Counted from the first letter of the stretch, positions 19,459 through 29,311 are shown. The stretch: DNA of 40,684 bases from Rickettsiaceae bacterium (GCA_013214485.1 JABSSF010000003.1:1-40684); one strand, 5' to 3'. The notes: a model not told the origin generated them from the letters alone. Program-made: numbers and translations.

Positions 19459-22400
19459 TGCAGTTAAAATACGATCTTGATCTTCAGCAATTATATTCTC
19501 TATCTGGGCTTAAAAAATTAGAGCAATATTTTATTCAATTCTTAACTGAAAATAATTCTAAATTAGCTTTAAAATATCTAGAATTTCGCCAGCTCGCTGC
19601 AAGAAAGCCTAGCGAGTTAGATGCTACATTATACTCAGAATTATTGTTAGAAATTGCCACAATTTTTGATGAGTTTATCGCTAATTTATTTAATATTGAA
19701 TCAGAGAATTTAGCTTTGCAACAAACACATAATAAATTTGCCATTATCTATGAATGTCGGCGGAAATTTGTTAAGCGCTTTGCTGTTAAAAAATACCCAG
19801 TAGAAAAATTAACTGAAATTGATTTTACCAAAGTAAGTAAAGAATTAACTAAATTAATAGGTAATTTTAATGAAAGAAATTTTGCCAGGCATGTAATTAA
19901 TTGGCAATTAGATGAAGAAACTCATATAAAAGAGCTAGATATAGCTGCTAAATATGCTGCCTATATGGTGCATAATAATAGCTCTATTACTTTATTTAAT
20001 ATTGAAAAACTAATCGATCCTGCAAATCTAATTAGAAAACATAAAATCCAACAGTTACGCCAAGAATTATCTTTAGGTTTTGCTTATAGAGATCCAGAAA
20101 TTAATAAAGATACAGCTATAGCTGAGGCAAATTATTGTATTTATTGTCACAAACAAGGTAAAGATTCTTGCTCTAAAGGTTTTAGTAAAAGCCAATCAGA
20201 TAAATATCAATCACATAAACAAGTTAATAATGTTGTTGAAAAAAATGGTTGTCCATTAGAGCAAAAGATTTCTGAAATGAATAAAGTAATGACAGATGGT
20301 TATAATATTGCAGCACTTGCTATTATTATTATTGATAATCCTTTAGTTGCAGCAACTGGTCATCGTATTTGTAATGATTGTATGAAAGCTTGTATTTACC
20401 AAAAGCAAGATCCAGTAAATATCCCATTAATAGAATCAAAAATTCTTGATAATGTTTTGAATCTTCCTTATGGTGTGGAAATCTATTTATTACTTACTCG
20501 TTGGAATCCACTAAATATATTTAAGCCAATTTCCAAAGTAAATACTGGATATAATATTTTAGTAACAGGCCTAGGGCCTAGCGGTTTTGCATTATCACAT
20601 TATTTACTTAATGAAGGACATAGTGTGATAGCTATTGATGGGATGAAAATTGATCCCATAGATTTTGATATTTCTAAACCTATTAAAGATTGGCAAAAAA
20701 TCAAAGAATCATTAACTAAAAAAATACCTACAGGATTTGGTGGGGTTGCTGAATATGGTATTACTAATCGTTGGGATAAAAATAATCTGAGCTTGATTAG
20801 ATTAATGTTAGAGCGCCGTGATAATTTTAAATTATATGGTGGAGTACGCCTTGGCAGTAACATCCTAATTAATCAAGCCTTTAAACAAGGGTTCGACCAT
20901 ATAGCATTATGTCTTGGTGCAGGTAGCCCTAAATATTTAGCTGATATAGATTATTTCTTAAAAGGAGTACGTAGTGCTGCTGATTTTCTAATGAATCTAC
21001 AACAAGGTGGTGCTTTTTTGAAGACTAGTAATAGTAATTTAACAATCCGCATGCCAGCTATAGTTATTGGTCTTGGTTTAACAGCTATTGATAGTGCTTC
21101 AGAAATATTACATTATTATCCTGAATTAGTAGAAAATTTCTATAACAAATATGAAAAATTAACTAATAAATATAGTGAAGAATTTGTTAAGCAAAGTTGG
21201 AATGATGAAGATAAGGAAATTGCTTTAGAATATATTACTCACGCAAAATTATTTCGTCGAGCTAAAAATACGACAGAAAAACTGGCTATTTTAAATGATT
21301 TAGGTGGTGTTACTATTTGTTATCATAAAAAAATTATAGATTCACCTGCCTACAGATTAAATCATGAAGAAATAGAACATGCTATGGCACTGGGGATTAA
21401 ATTTCAAGAAGAAGCTAGTTTAAACAAGATAATTCCTGATAAAAATAATTATGCAAAATATGCCATTTTTAATGACGATTTGAAATTATCTGCTAGAACT
21501 ATAATTATGGCTATTGGGACAAAAAATAATGAGTTTAATGATATTGATTATGATTTTAATTCTACAAAATTTAGCCATTTTGGCGATTGTGATCCTAAAT
21601 ATACAGGCAGTGTAGTAAAAGCTTTAGCTAGCGTTAAAAATGGTTATCAAAATATCACTAAAAAACTACCAGCTAATCCTAGTTTTTCTGGTAGCTATGC
21701 TAAATTTACTAATAATTTAGAGCAAATACTAGTAAATCATATAGTAGAGATTAATATTATAGCTAAGAATGTTGTTGAGCTCATGATAGATGCTCCACAA
21801 CTAATTAAAAATTTTCAGCCAGGACAATTTTTCCGTCTGCAAAATTATAGTAAAGAACTAAACTCTCTAACAGAACCAATTGCTTTAACTGGTGCTTATG
21901 TTGATGAATCTAGGAAATTACTTTCATTAATTATTTTGGAAATTGGTAAATCAACTAAATTATGCCGTAATTTTAAAGTAGGTGACAAGATCAGCTTAAT
22001 GGGGCCTACTGGAGTAGCTACAAAAATTGCTAAAAATAAATCTATAGCATTAATCGGGGGGGGGCTTGGTAATGGAGTATTGTTATCTGTAGGAAAGGCT
22101 TTAAAAGAAAATGGTTGTCAAATTATTTATTTTGCAGGTTATCGCAAATTGCAAGATCGTTTCTATCCCGATAAAATTACTACCATTGCTGATAGGGTTA
22201 TTTGGTGCTGCGATGAAGCTAAACTTGATAAAGTTACAAAATCAGATTTATCAATTCATGGTAATATTCTTGATGGCCTTAAGTTTGCTAAAGAAAATAA
22301 GTTGGTTGATAAGGTAACAGAAATTATCTGTATTGGCTCTGATTCAATGATGCAAGCAGTAAGTAATAATTACAAAGAATATTTTAATAAGGATAGCAGG

Positions 22401-22616
22401 TTAATTTGTAGTCTAAATTCACCAATGCAATGTATGATGAAAGGTATTTGTGGTCAATGTCTGCAAAAAGTTAACTCGTCTGATGGTTATATTTTTTCTT
22501 GTAAAATGCAAGATCAAAGAGCTGATATTATCGATTTTACTGTACTAAAAAACCGTTTAGGGCAAAACTCCTTACTAGAAAAAATTAGCTTAGTTTATGT
22601 GAATTCTGAGAATTGA
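19458..22616 (+). CDS. Large fused flavoprotein: helical N-domain + GltD/NfnB-like Fe-S and FAD/NAD(P) oxidoreductase + PyrK/NfnA-like ferredoxin-reductase domain with a C-terminal 2Fe-2S motif
   Basis: Cys clusters CIYCHKQGKDSC...GCPLEQKI and HRICNDCMKAC. Dinucleotide fold ILVTGLGPSGFALSHYLLNEGHSVIAIDG. PyrK-like PGQFFRL, LMGPTG, IGGGLGNG. Terminal CMMKGICGQCLQKV...FSC. Confidence 0.7.
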   Translation: MQLKYDLDLQQLYSLSGLKKLEQYFIQFLTENNSKLALKYLEFRQLAARKPSELDATLYSELLLEIATIFDEFIANLFNIESENLALQQTHNKFAIIYECRRKFVKRFAVKKYPVEKLTEIDFTKVSKELTKLIGNFNERNFARHVINWQLDEETHIKELDIAAKYAAYMVHNNSSITLFNIEKLIDPANLIRKHKIQQLRQELSLGFAYRDPEINKDTAIAEANYCIYCHKQGKDSCSKGFSKSQSDKYQSHKQVNNVVEKNGCPLEQKISEMNKVMTDGYNIAALAIIIIDNPLVAATGHRICNDCMKACIYQKQDPVNIPLIESKILDNVLNLPYGVEIYLLLTRWNPLNIFKPISKVNTGYNILVTGLGPSGFALSHYLLNEGHSVIAIDGMKIDPIDFDISKPIKDWQKIKESLTKKIPTGFGGVAEYGITNRWDKNNLSLIRLMLERRDNFKLYGGVRLGSNILINQAFKQGFDHIALCLGAGSPKYLADIDYFLKGVRSAADFLMNLQQGGAFLKTSNSNLTIRMPAIVIGLGLTAIDSASEILHYYPELVENFYNKYEKLTNKYSEEFVKQSWNDEDKEIALEYITHAKLFRRAKNTTEKLAILNDLGGVTICYHKKIIDSPAYRLNHEEIEHAMALGIKFQEEASLNKIIPDKNNYAKYAIFNDDLKLSARTIIMAIGTKNNEFNDIDYDFNSTKFSHFGDCDPKYTGSVVKALASVKNGYQNITKKLPANPSFSGSYAKFTNNLEQILVNHIVEINIIAKNVVELMIDAPQLIKNFQPGQFFRLQNYSKELNSLTEPIALTGAYVDESRKLLSLIILEIGKSTKLCRNFKVGDKISLMGPTGVATKIAKNKSIALIGGGLGNGVLLSVGKALKENGCQIIYFAGYRKLQDRFYPDKITTIADRVIWCCDEAKLDKVTKSDLSIHGNILDGLKFAKENKLVDKVTEIICIGSDSMMQAVSNNYKEYFNKDSRLICSLNSPMQCMMKGICGQCLQKVNSSDGYIFSCKMQDQRADIIDFTVLKNRLGQNSLLEKISLVYVNSEN

Positions 22617-23700
22617 CCGCAGCATTCATTATTAAACCAAAGCCAATCAACATTGATCCCATCATTGTACCACCATAAGAAACAAGTGGCAGAGGAACTC
22701 CAACTGCTGGCAATAATCCCATTACCATTGCTATATTAATTATAACATGACTGAAAAATATGGTTGTTACACCAATCACCATCAATTTAGAAAATATATT
22801 ACGACAATTAATTGCTACAGCTAAACAATTAACTACCACAATAAAATATAAAATTATTAACACTAAACCACCAACAAAGCCTAATTCTTCAGTAAGGAAT
22901 GAGAAAATAAAATCTGTTTGATATTCTGGTAAAAAACTTAAATGGCTTTGTGTCCCACTAAATAATCCTTTTCCAAATAAACCTCCTGAACCTAAAGCAA
23001 TTTTAGATTGGATTATATTATAACCAGCCCCTAATGGATCACGTTCAGGATCTAAAAAAGTTAATACACGTCTGCGTTGATATTCGTGCATCATATACCA
23101 AATTACAGGCAATGATATAGTAAGTAATATCCCTGAAATTATAAAATAAATAATCCTAGTACCGATAGCAAAAAACATTGTAGTTGCAACGAGCAAAGTA
23201 ATTATAGCTGTACCTAAGTCTGGTTGTTTAATAATTAATGCAGCAGGTATTATTACGGCAATAATTGCTGGCAATAAATGTTTTAATTCTAATAATTTAT
23301 TTGCCTCCATATTATGGAAATATCTTGCTAACATTAAAACAACAGCAATTTTAGCTAGTTCTGATGGCTGGGCTCTAAACAATCCTAAATCAACCCATCT
23401 AGTTGCCCCTTTAGCATTTATTCCTGATATATTTACTGCGATCAATAATAATATTACTATAAAATATAATAAATATGAAGTTTTAAAAATAAACCGTAAA
23501 TCTATAAAAGCAATTAGAAATGCTAGTAGCATGAAAAAACAAAACCTCACTATTTGACGATAAGCCCAAGGTTCTAGACTCGCTCCAGCAGCAGAATATA
23601 ATACTATAAAACCATAAATGCAGATAATACTAACAAATATTGGTATAGAAAATGGGATATTCTTTAACTTATTAAAAAAGATTGATTTACTATTATCCAT
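22585..23700 (-). CDS. rodA: Peptidoglycan glycosyltransferase RodA (FtsW/RodA/SpoVE family)
   Basis: Polytopic membrane protein with RAQPSELAKI, DLGTAII, LPEYQTDFIFS, LPLVSYGG. Confidence 0.9.
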   Translation of the reverse strand: MDNSKSIFFNKLKNIPFSIPIFVSIICIYGFIVLYSAAGASLEPWAYRQIVRFCFFMLLAFLIAFIDLRFIFKTSYLLYFIVILLLIAVNISGINAKGATRWVDLGLFRAQPSELAKIAVVLMLARYFHNMEANKLLELKHLLPAIIAVIIPAALIIKQPDLGTAIITLLVATTMFFAIGTRIIYFIISGILLTISLPVIWYMMHEYQRRRVLTFLDPERDPLGAGYNIIQSKIALGSGGLFGKGLFSGTQSHLSFLPEYQTDFIFSFLTEELGFVGGLVLIILYFIVVVNCLAVAINCRNIFSKLMVIGVTTIFFSHVIINIAMVMGLLPAVGVPLPLVSYGGTMMGSMLIGFGLIMNAAVNSQNSHKLS

Positions 23701-23716
23701 AGATTATTTCTTCTCA

Positions 23717-25447
23717 CTACTTATTATTATTTTGACCATAAACCAATTTAATTTTAGGAAATATAATTTTCACTTTTGTGCCTTCTCCTTTTTTACTTGT
23801 TATGATCAAACTAGCATCATGGGCATCTAATAACATTTTAACAATAGGTAACCCTAAGCCATATGATCCTCTAGAATGACTATTACTTCCTACTATACCA
23901 TAAGTACTTAAAGCTATTTCTATTTCATGTTCGTCCATACCAATACCTTCATCAATCACAGTTATTACTATCGTTTCTTCTACTAATTCTGCAACAATAT
24001 TTATATTGGTATTATCATTAGAATATTTGATAGCGTTACTGACTAAATTACTAAATATTTGTAACATTCGCCGCTTATCACAAATCACAAGCGGTAAATC
24101 TTTACTAAGCTTCTGATTAACAGTAATTTTTCTTTGATTATATCTTGCCAAATTAACTTTAATAGCTTCTTTTATAATGCTTTTAATATCTGCTGTGGAA
24201 TTAACAATTCTAAATCTTCCTTCAATTATTTGATTATCATCAAGTATATCAGTAATAAAATCGAGAATAATTTTTGAATTTTGGTGAATACCTTCAGCAT
24301 ATTTCATATAAGCTGCTGGCAAGTTACCTAACAATTCTTTTTTCATAATTTCTGAACCAGTTAAAATAAAACCAAGGGGAGATCTTACCTCATGCGCTGT
24401 AAAAGCAAGAAAATCAGTTTTAGCTTGTGTCGCATTATTAGCAACTATTGTTGCTTTTTCTGCTTTTTCTCGAAGTACTGCTTCTCTTTTATATAAAGAA
24501 ACTATTGAGAAAAAACAAACAATAGCAAGCACAGCCACTTCAATAAATCTTCTTGCAACGCTATCTAAAATATTTTGCTTGATAACATTATCATCAATAT
24601 TAACAATAATGATAAATGGCAAGCCACCTAAAGGTTTGATGTAGTAATTAATGCCATTAATCATATCTAGATAATGATGATCTGAATTGCTTTGTTTAAT
24701 TTTTAGATCTTTAATAATAGATTTCAAATTATTTGCAAGACCATTTTCATCAACTACATTATTAATGACTTCTTTGGATCTAGCAATAACATTATAATCA
24801 GTATCTATAATAATAAAATTAGCATCAATATTTCTTTTTATACTATTAAGACTTCTAACCAAAGTACCAATATCATAACTAAGTATTACTGAGCCTATAT
24901 ATTTATTACTATTTCCATCAACAATACTATCAATTATTTTCAGCTTACGTTCTTTTTCTTGAAAGCCAGTATAAAATGAAATTCCATAAGGATTACGTTT
25001 TGAAGGTGTTTTTACTATATCTTTTACATATTTTAAAAACTGAAAATTTTTTTTAAAATTTTTATTACTAGTAGCAACCTCCTTGAAATCTTTATTTACC
25101 CAACTATATTTGCGCCAACCAAAAAAATAGTTCAAATCTCGAGATTTAAAATTTTCCTGCAATAATTTTCTGATATATCGTGTATCATTGTGATGCTCCT
25201 TGATAGATTTTGAAATAATTCTAATAAAATACTGTGAGTAATTAATGCGATCTGTAAGTACTGTACCCAGATTGCTAGCTTCAATTTTTAACTCTTGTAA
25301 TACTAATTCTTTATTATTATGATATGTTCTAAAAAAATATAATAAAGTAAGACAAATAACTACAAATATAATTATTATTGTCAAAATATGAATATTCAGA
25401 TTATACCCCAAATGTTTTTTTTCCTTGTAATTACGATTTTTATTCAT
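23717..25447 (-). CDS. Sensor histidine kinase with a large periplasmic (Cache-like) domain; no adjacent response regulator
   Basis: TM1, about 250 aa periplasmic, TM2. H-box FLAFTAHEVRSPL, N-box SNLVSNAIKYS, G-boxes DEGIGM and GLGLPI. Confidence 0.9.
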   Translation of the reverse strand: MNKNRNYKEKKHLGYNLNIHILTIIIIFVVICLTLLYFFRTYHNNKELVLQELKIEASNLGTVLTDRINYSQYFIRIISKSIKEHHNDTRYIRKLLQENFKSRDLNYFFGWRKYSWVNKDFKEVATSNKNFKKNFQFLKYVKDIVKTPSKRNPYGISFYTGFQEKERKLKIIDSIVDGNSNKYIGSVILSYDIGTLVRSLNSIKRNIDANFIIIDTDYNVIARSKEVINNVVDENGLANNLKSIIKDLKIKQSNSDHHYLDMINGINYYIKPLGGLPFIIIVNIDDNVIKQNILDSVARRFIEVAVLAIVCFFSIVSLYKREAVLREKAEKATIVANNATQAKTDFLAFTAHEVRSPLGFILTGSEIMKKELLGNLPAAYMKYAEGIHQNSKIILDFITDILDDNQIIEGRFRIVNSTADIKSIIKEAIKVNLARYNQRKITVNQKLSKDLPLVICDKRRMLQIFSNLVSNAIKYSNDNTNINIVAELVEETIVITVIDEGIGMDEHEIEIALSTYGIVGSNSHSRGSYGLGLPIVKMLLDAHDASLIITSKKGEGTKVKIIFPKIKLVYGQNNNK

Positions 25448-25480
25448 AAATTAAATTTATTTAATACCTAAAATAATGTA

Positions 25481-25580
25481 TAGTCAAATAACTTGAAATA
25501 GAACTAGGCGCAATCGATCAATGCCTGTTGTTACTAAGCGAGGATTGAGTAACGATGCCCTACTTCACAGTTAATGACTA
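25481..25580. mobile_element. 100-bp MITE-like element with TIRs related to the IS630 TIRs, flanked by TA/TA
   Basis: Left end tagtcaaataacttgaaat. Reverse complement of the right end is tagtcattaactgtgaagt. TA at 25479-25480 and 25581-25582. The IS630 ends are tagtcatttcgattgaca and tagtaacttcacttgata. Confidence 0.6.
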
Positions 25581-25683
25581 TAGTATCATTGATGCTTAAC
25601 TTTTTGTCTATGGCTATAAGCTTCGATACATCAAGTTAATTAACTATAAGCTAAAAAAAAGCAATTTAAAATAAAAATAATAT

Positions 25684-27072
25684 ATGAAATTATCATTATT
25701 TAATACTAAAACAAAAAAAAGAGAAGTTTTTATACCAATAAACCCAAAATTGATAAAAATGTATGTTTGTGGTCCGACAGTATATGATTATCCCCATATT
25801 GGTAATGCTAGGTCAGTAGTTATATATGATCTCTTATATCGTATCTTAAAATTAATCTATGGTGAAAGTAAAGTTAGATATGTTCGTAATATTACAGATG
25901 TTGACGATAAAATTATAGATAGAGCAATTCAGGATAAAAAAACTATTAATAAGTTAACTAACGAAACCACAGAGATTTTCCATCAGCATATGGAATATTT
26001 AGGATGTCAAGCACCTAATATTGAGCCCAAAGCAACAGAGCATATCAATGAAATGGTTGTTATGATTGAAAAATTACTAACACTTAGTTTTGCTTATAAG
26101 ATAAATAATCACGTCTATTTTGATATTACTAAGTTTGATAGATATACAGAATTATCTGGTCGCAGTTTAGACGAAATGTTTGCAGGTGTTAGAATCGATA
26201 AAAGTGAAGAGAAAAAACATCCAGGAGATTTTGTTTTATGGAAACCAGCAAAAGAAACCGACGATATATCTGCTAAATTTGATAGTCCATTTGGTTTAGG
26301 ACGTCCTGGCTGGCATATTGAATGTTCAGCGATGAGCCACAAATATTTAGGAGAAAATTTTGATATTCATGGTGGGGGTATTGATCTTATCTTTCCACAT
26401 CATACTAATGAAGTAGCACAAAGTATTTGTGCATTTCCAGGAGCAAATTTTGCTAATTATTGGGTGCATAATGGATTTTTAACTGTAAATCATGAAAAAA
26501 TGAGTAAATCTTTAGGGAACTTCCTTACAGTTAAAGATTTTATAGAGCAAAATATTAATGGTGACGTAGCTAGGTTTTTCTTACTTGGGTCACATTATCG
26601 CAAACCCCTTGATTATAACGATAAAGAAATAGCTGATGCTAAGAAAACATTAGCTTATTGGTATAACGCTATCAGGGATATTCCTGAAGATGAGTTAATG
26701 ATTGATATATCTCTGCCAGAGGAATTTATAAATCATTTGCTTGATGATATGAATACTCATATGGCAATTACGGTAATTAATAACTATGCTAAACAGGTTC
26801 ATACTACAAACCAAAAGGAAGAAAAAATCTCTGCAGCAAAAAAGATGCTAGCTGCGGCAAAATTTCTTGGCTTAATGCGTCAAAATACAGCTCAATGGTT
26901 TCATGGGGATATTGATACTAAAGAAATAGAATCGCTGATTGCTAAACGAAAACAGGCTAAAGCAGATAAAGATTGGGCATTAGCTGATAAAATACGCCAG
27001 GACTTACAGCATAAAGGAATCATTATTGAGGATAACCCAGGGGGAATTACTAATTGGAAAGTTATTAAATAG
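25684..27072 (+). CDS. cysS: Cysteine--tRNA ligase
   Basis: Class I signatures HIGNARS and KMSKSLGN, plus [12 protein letters not shown]. Confidence 0.97.
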   Translation: MKLSLFNTKTKKREVFIPINPKLIKMYVCGPTVYDYPHIGNARSVVIYDLLYRILKLIYGESKVRYVRNITDVDDKIIDRAIQDKKTINKLTNETTEIFHQHMEYLGCQAPNIEPKATEHINEMVVMIEKLLTLSFAYKINNHVYFDITKFDRYTELSGRSLDEMFAGVRIDKSEEKKHPGDFVLWKPAKETDDISAKFDSPFGLGRPGWHIECSAMSHKYLGENFDIHGGGIDLIFPHHTNEVAQSICAFPGANFANYWVHNGFLTVNHEKMSKSLGNFLTVKDFIEQNINGDVARFFLLGSHYRKPLDYNDKEIADAKKTLAYWYNAIRDIPEDELMIDISLPEEFINHLLDDMNTHMAITVINNYAKQVHTTNQKEEKISAAKKMLAAAKFLGLMRQNTAQWFHGDIDTKEIESLIAKRKQAKADKDWALADKIRQDLQHKGIIIEDNPGGITNWKVIK

Positions 27073-27173
27073 TTGATAAATCTAAAACTAATCTCATCGA
27101 TACGCTTCTAGATTAGCTTTTACAGTACTTTAATCAACTTTATATTAACGAAGTTAATGTAAAGCCCTCTCTG

Positions 27174-27233
27174 TAGTCAAATAACTTAAAAATTGGTTCG
27201 TCACCTTCAAACTCTAGGCTCTGTTGACATAAG
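27174..27233. repeat. Solo IS630-TIR-like end plus shared repeat core
   Basis: tagtcaaataacttaaaaattgg resembles the MITE/IS TIR. ctaggctctgttgacataag (27214-27233) recurs as ctaggatctgttaacataag at 35841-35860. Confidence 0.5.
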
Positions 27234-27308
27234 GATCTATCAAACCTGGATCATCACGCCGATAAATCGGCTCATAATTACGACTTTTATCATGAACGGA
27301 TACTTTTT

Positions 27309-27375
27309 AAATGCGAACCAGCGGATAAGAAATCTGTGTATTCCCCTATAAAATGGCACTCGCTAGTTCGCATTT
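27309..27375. repeat. Long imperfect hairpin in the cysS-IS630 spacer (RPE-like)
   Basis: aaatgcgaaccagcg (27309-27323) pairs with cgctagttcgcattt (27361-27375), 14 of 15 positions complementary. Confidence 0.5.
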
Positions 27376-27439
27376 TAATAAATATTATCAACTGATCCCG
27401 CAATTTGAGCACTATCACCATTATCTTGATTATGTATAG

Positions 27440-28302
27440 TCATTTCGATTGACAAGTGTATAATTTAAAGGAGTGATCAATAGTTTGTTGTAGTGTATCA
27501 AATTGTGAGATAGTATTTTTTACTTTTTCTTTTAAATTAGCCCAAAATTTCTCTATTGGATTAAGATCTGGTGAATATGGTGGTAAAAACATTATTTTGC
27601 ATCCAGCACTTTCAATTAATTCTTTTGTTTTAAGTGATTTATGGAATGCTGCATTATCCATTATTACTAACTGTCCTGGTTTCAGCTCTGGCAATAAAAT
27701 CTTCTCTAGCCAAATATTAAATAATCCCGTGTTACACGTTCCTTGATAACAAAAAGGCGCCATAATTTTAGTACCACACTTAGCTGCTACAAAGCTCTCT
27801 CTAGCATAGCGTTTTCCAGAGTTTGTACCATGAACCAACTCTCCCCGTTTAGCCCAACCATGGGATTTATTTAAAAAACAATCTATCCCACTTTCATCAA
27901 TATAAACAAGGTTATCCTTAGATATATTTTTTATATTTTCTGTAAATATTTTTCGTTTTTTTTCATCCCGCTCTTTATACAGTATAGTCTTTTTTTTCTA
28001 GTAAAGCCCAAGCGTTTTAAAGCATCCCATACGCAGCTGATTGTTACGCCAAAATGGTTAGCATAATCTTTAATATATAAATCTGGATTAATTGTTACGT
28101 ATTCCTTTAAAAGCTAAGGGTTCAGCTTTCTCCATCCTCTTTTTAAAGGAGCATCTTCCAAATTACCATTTTGCTCAAGCATATCTAGCCATTTGTTCAG
28201 TGTCACTACTGATATTTCAAATAAACTACATGATTTTGATTGATTATTGCTTTTTTTATAGTGAGCAATTACACGTTTTCTGAATATTATTGGATATTTC
28301 AT
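27440..28302 (-). pseudogene. IS630-family DDE transposase, interrupted
   Basis: N-terminal HTH ORF (28114-28302) ends at an in-frame TAG at 28114-28116; copy 1 reads GAT (Asp) there. The downstream part needs a -1 frame change at the A8 run. The C-terminal part carries the DDE region (IMDNAAFHK, LPPYSPDLNPIEKFW). Confidence 0.8.
27990..27997 (-). promoter_or_regulatory. A8 slippery run at the junction of the two transposase frames (candidate programmed -1 frameshift or transcriptional slippage site)
   Basis: On the coding strand, act aga aaa aaa aga read in the -1 frame after the run gives KKK TILYKERDEKKR... and continues into the DDE domain. An identical T8 run on the plus strand is present in copy 1 at 12-19. 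Confidence 0.55.
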
Positions 28303-28515
28303 TTTTTCATTGAAAATCTCATATTTAATTCGTCTATCAAGTGAAGTTACTATATCTTGATTATTTCTTGACTGTTTACTGCTATTATTTATTTTAAATC
28401 TAATCTTTTGGTAAATTTTACTTTGACGAATCTTCCCGCTTTATTCCTGATGATAAGTTAGTTTGATCCTTACCTATTTTTGCAATAACCTATTTTACTG
28501 AATACTTACTTATTT

Positions 28516-28833
28516 CTAATAAAGAGTTAATACTAATTTTTTATTTAATTTATTTTCAAGGATTACTTCATTTTCAGTAATTTCTGTTATAGTATAGATA
28601 TTATCTACAGTACTTCCTACATTAAAAATTTTACCATTAATCACACAAACTTTCTCATTTTCACTATCAACAATTGCAGAAAGCATATATTCTTTTTGTA
28701 ATTTTTTGGGAATATTTTTAACTTTTTCTTGTTTTGGCTTCATCGGGTCTATTAGCTTTTCTTCTGCCATACAATCGGGTTTTATAAAAAAAATAATTTG
28801 TATAATAATAATTTTAATTATTCTTACTTTCAT
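28516..28833 (-). CDS. PilP/MshK/GspB-like small periplasmic protein
   Basis: N-terminal hydrophobic leader. The C-terminal pattern LSAIVDSENEKVCVINGKIFNVGSTVDNIYTITEITENEVILEN...LVL is typical of MshK/PilP-type proteins. Last gene of the module. Confidence 0.45.
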   Translation of the reverse strand: MKVRIIKIIIIQIIFFIKPDCMAEEKLIDPMKPKQEKVKNIPKKLQKEYMLSAIVDSENEKVCVINGKIFNVGSTVDNIYTITEITENEVILENKLNKKLVLTLY

Positions 28834-29311
28834 ACAAACTCCTTAATTGTAATGATATATATAATGAATTATTTTTTTGTATTTTTAATTTTAAAGAGTC
28901 CAGACGGTAAAACATATTATTTTCATTTAAATGGATTAAATATTTAAGTAAACTAATATAATTACCTTCTAAAGACAGAGAATATCCAGCCTCTATAATA
29001 TCATTATTCTCCGGCATTATCGTATAACTAGATTTTTGGTTAAATATTTTTATATTATAAAGCGAAATAATATCGCTAAAATTCTCCTGAAGAACAAACG
29101 GAGCAGTAATTAGCATTGGATCTCTATAAGAGCTTATAAATCTATTATTTGCTTTATATTCCAAATAATTATTTAACATTTTTTTACCCTCATAAAATAA
29201 GGTAAAAATAATCAATATGTTAATAATAAAAAAACTATAAATTCTTAGCTGATAAAACGACTTCAGCTTCAAAATTATAGAAGATGCTACTATTCTCATC
29301 ATCCTCTTCAT
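28814..29311 (-). CDS. PilO/MshJ-like bitopic membrane protein
   Basis: One TM (IYSFFIINILIIFTLFY). C-terminal YSLSLEGNYISLLKYLIHLNENNMFYRLDSLKL...LYISLQL resembles the PilO/GspM fold signature. Overlaps the upstream gene by up to 77 nt. Confidence 0.45.
   Translation of the reverse strand: MKRMMRIVASSIILKLKSFYQLRIYSFFIINILIIFTLFYEGKKMLNNYLEYKANNRFISSYRDPMLITAPFVLQENFSDIISLYNIKIFNQKSSYTIMPENNDIIEAGYSLSLEGNYISLLKYLIHLNENNMFYRLDSLKLKIQKNNSLYISLQLRSLYESKNN

Larger units (their letters stand above)
27437..28352 (-). mobile_element. IS630/Tc1-mariner-family insertion sequence, copy 2 (complete ends, decayed transposase)
   Basis: Imperfect TIRs tagtcatttcgattgaca (27437-) and the reverse complement of the right end, tagtaacttcacttgata. 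TA on both sides (27435-27436, 28353-28354), the usual IS630 target duplication. Confidence 0.8.

Noticed and set aside
27091-27121. Weak hairpin ctaatct...agattag followed by ctttt after cysS as a terminator
   Set aside because: The stem is only 7 bp and AT-rich, with a 13-nt loop and a poor U-tract, which is indistinguishable from chance in this composition.
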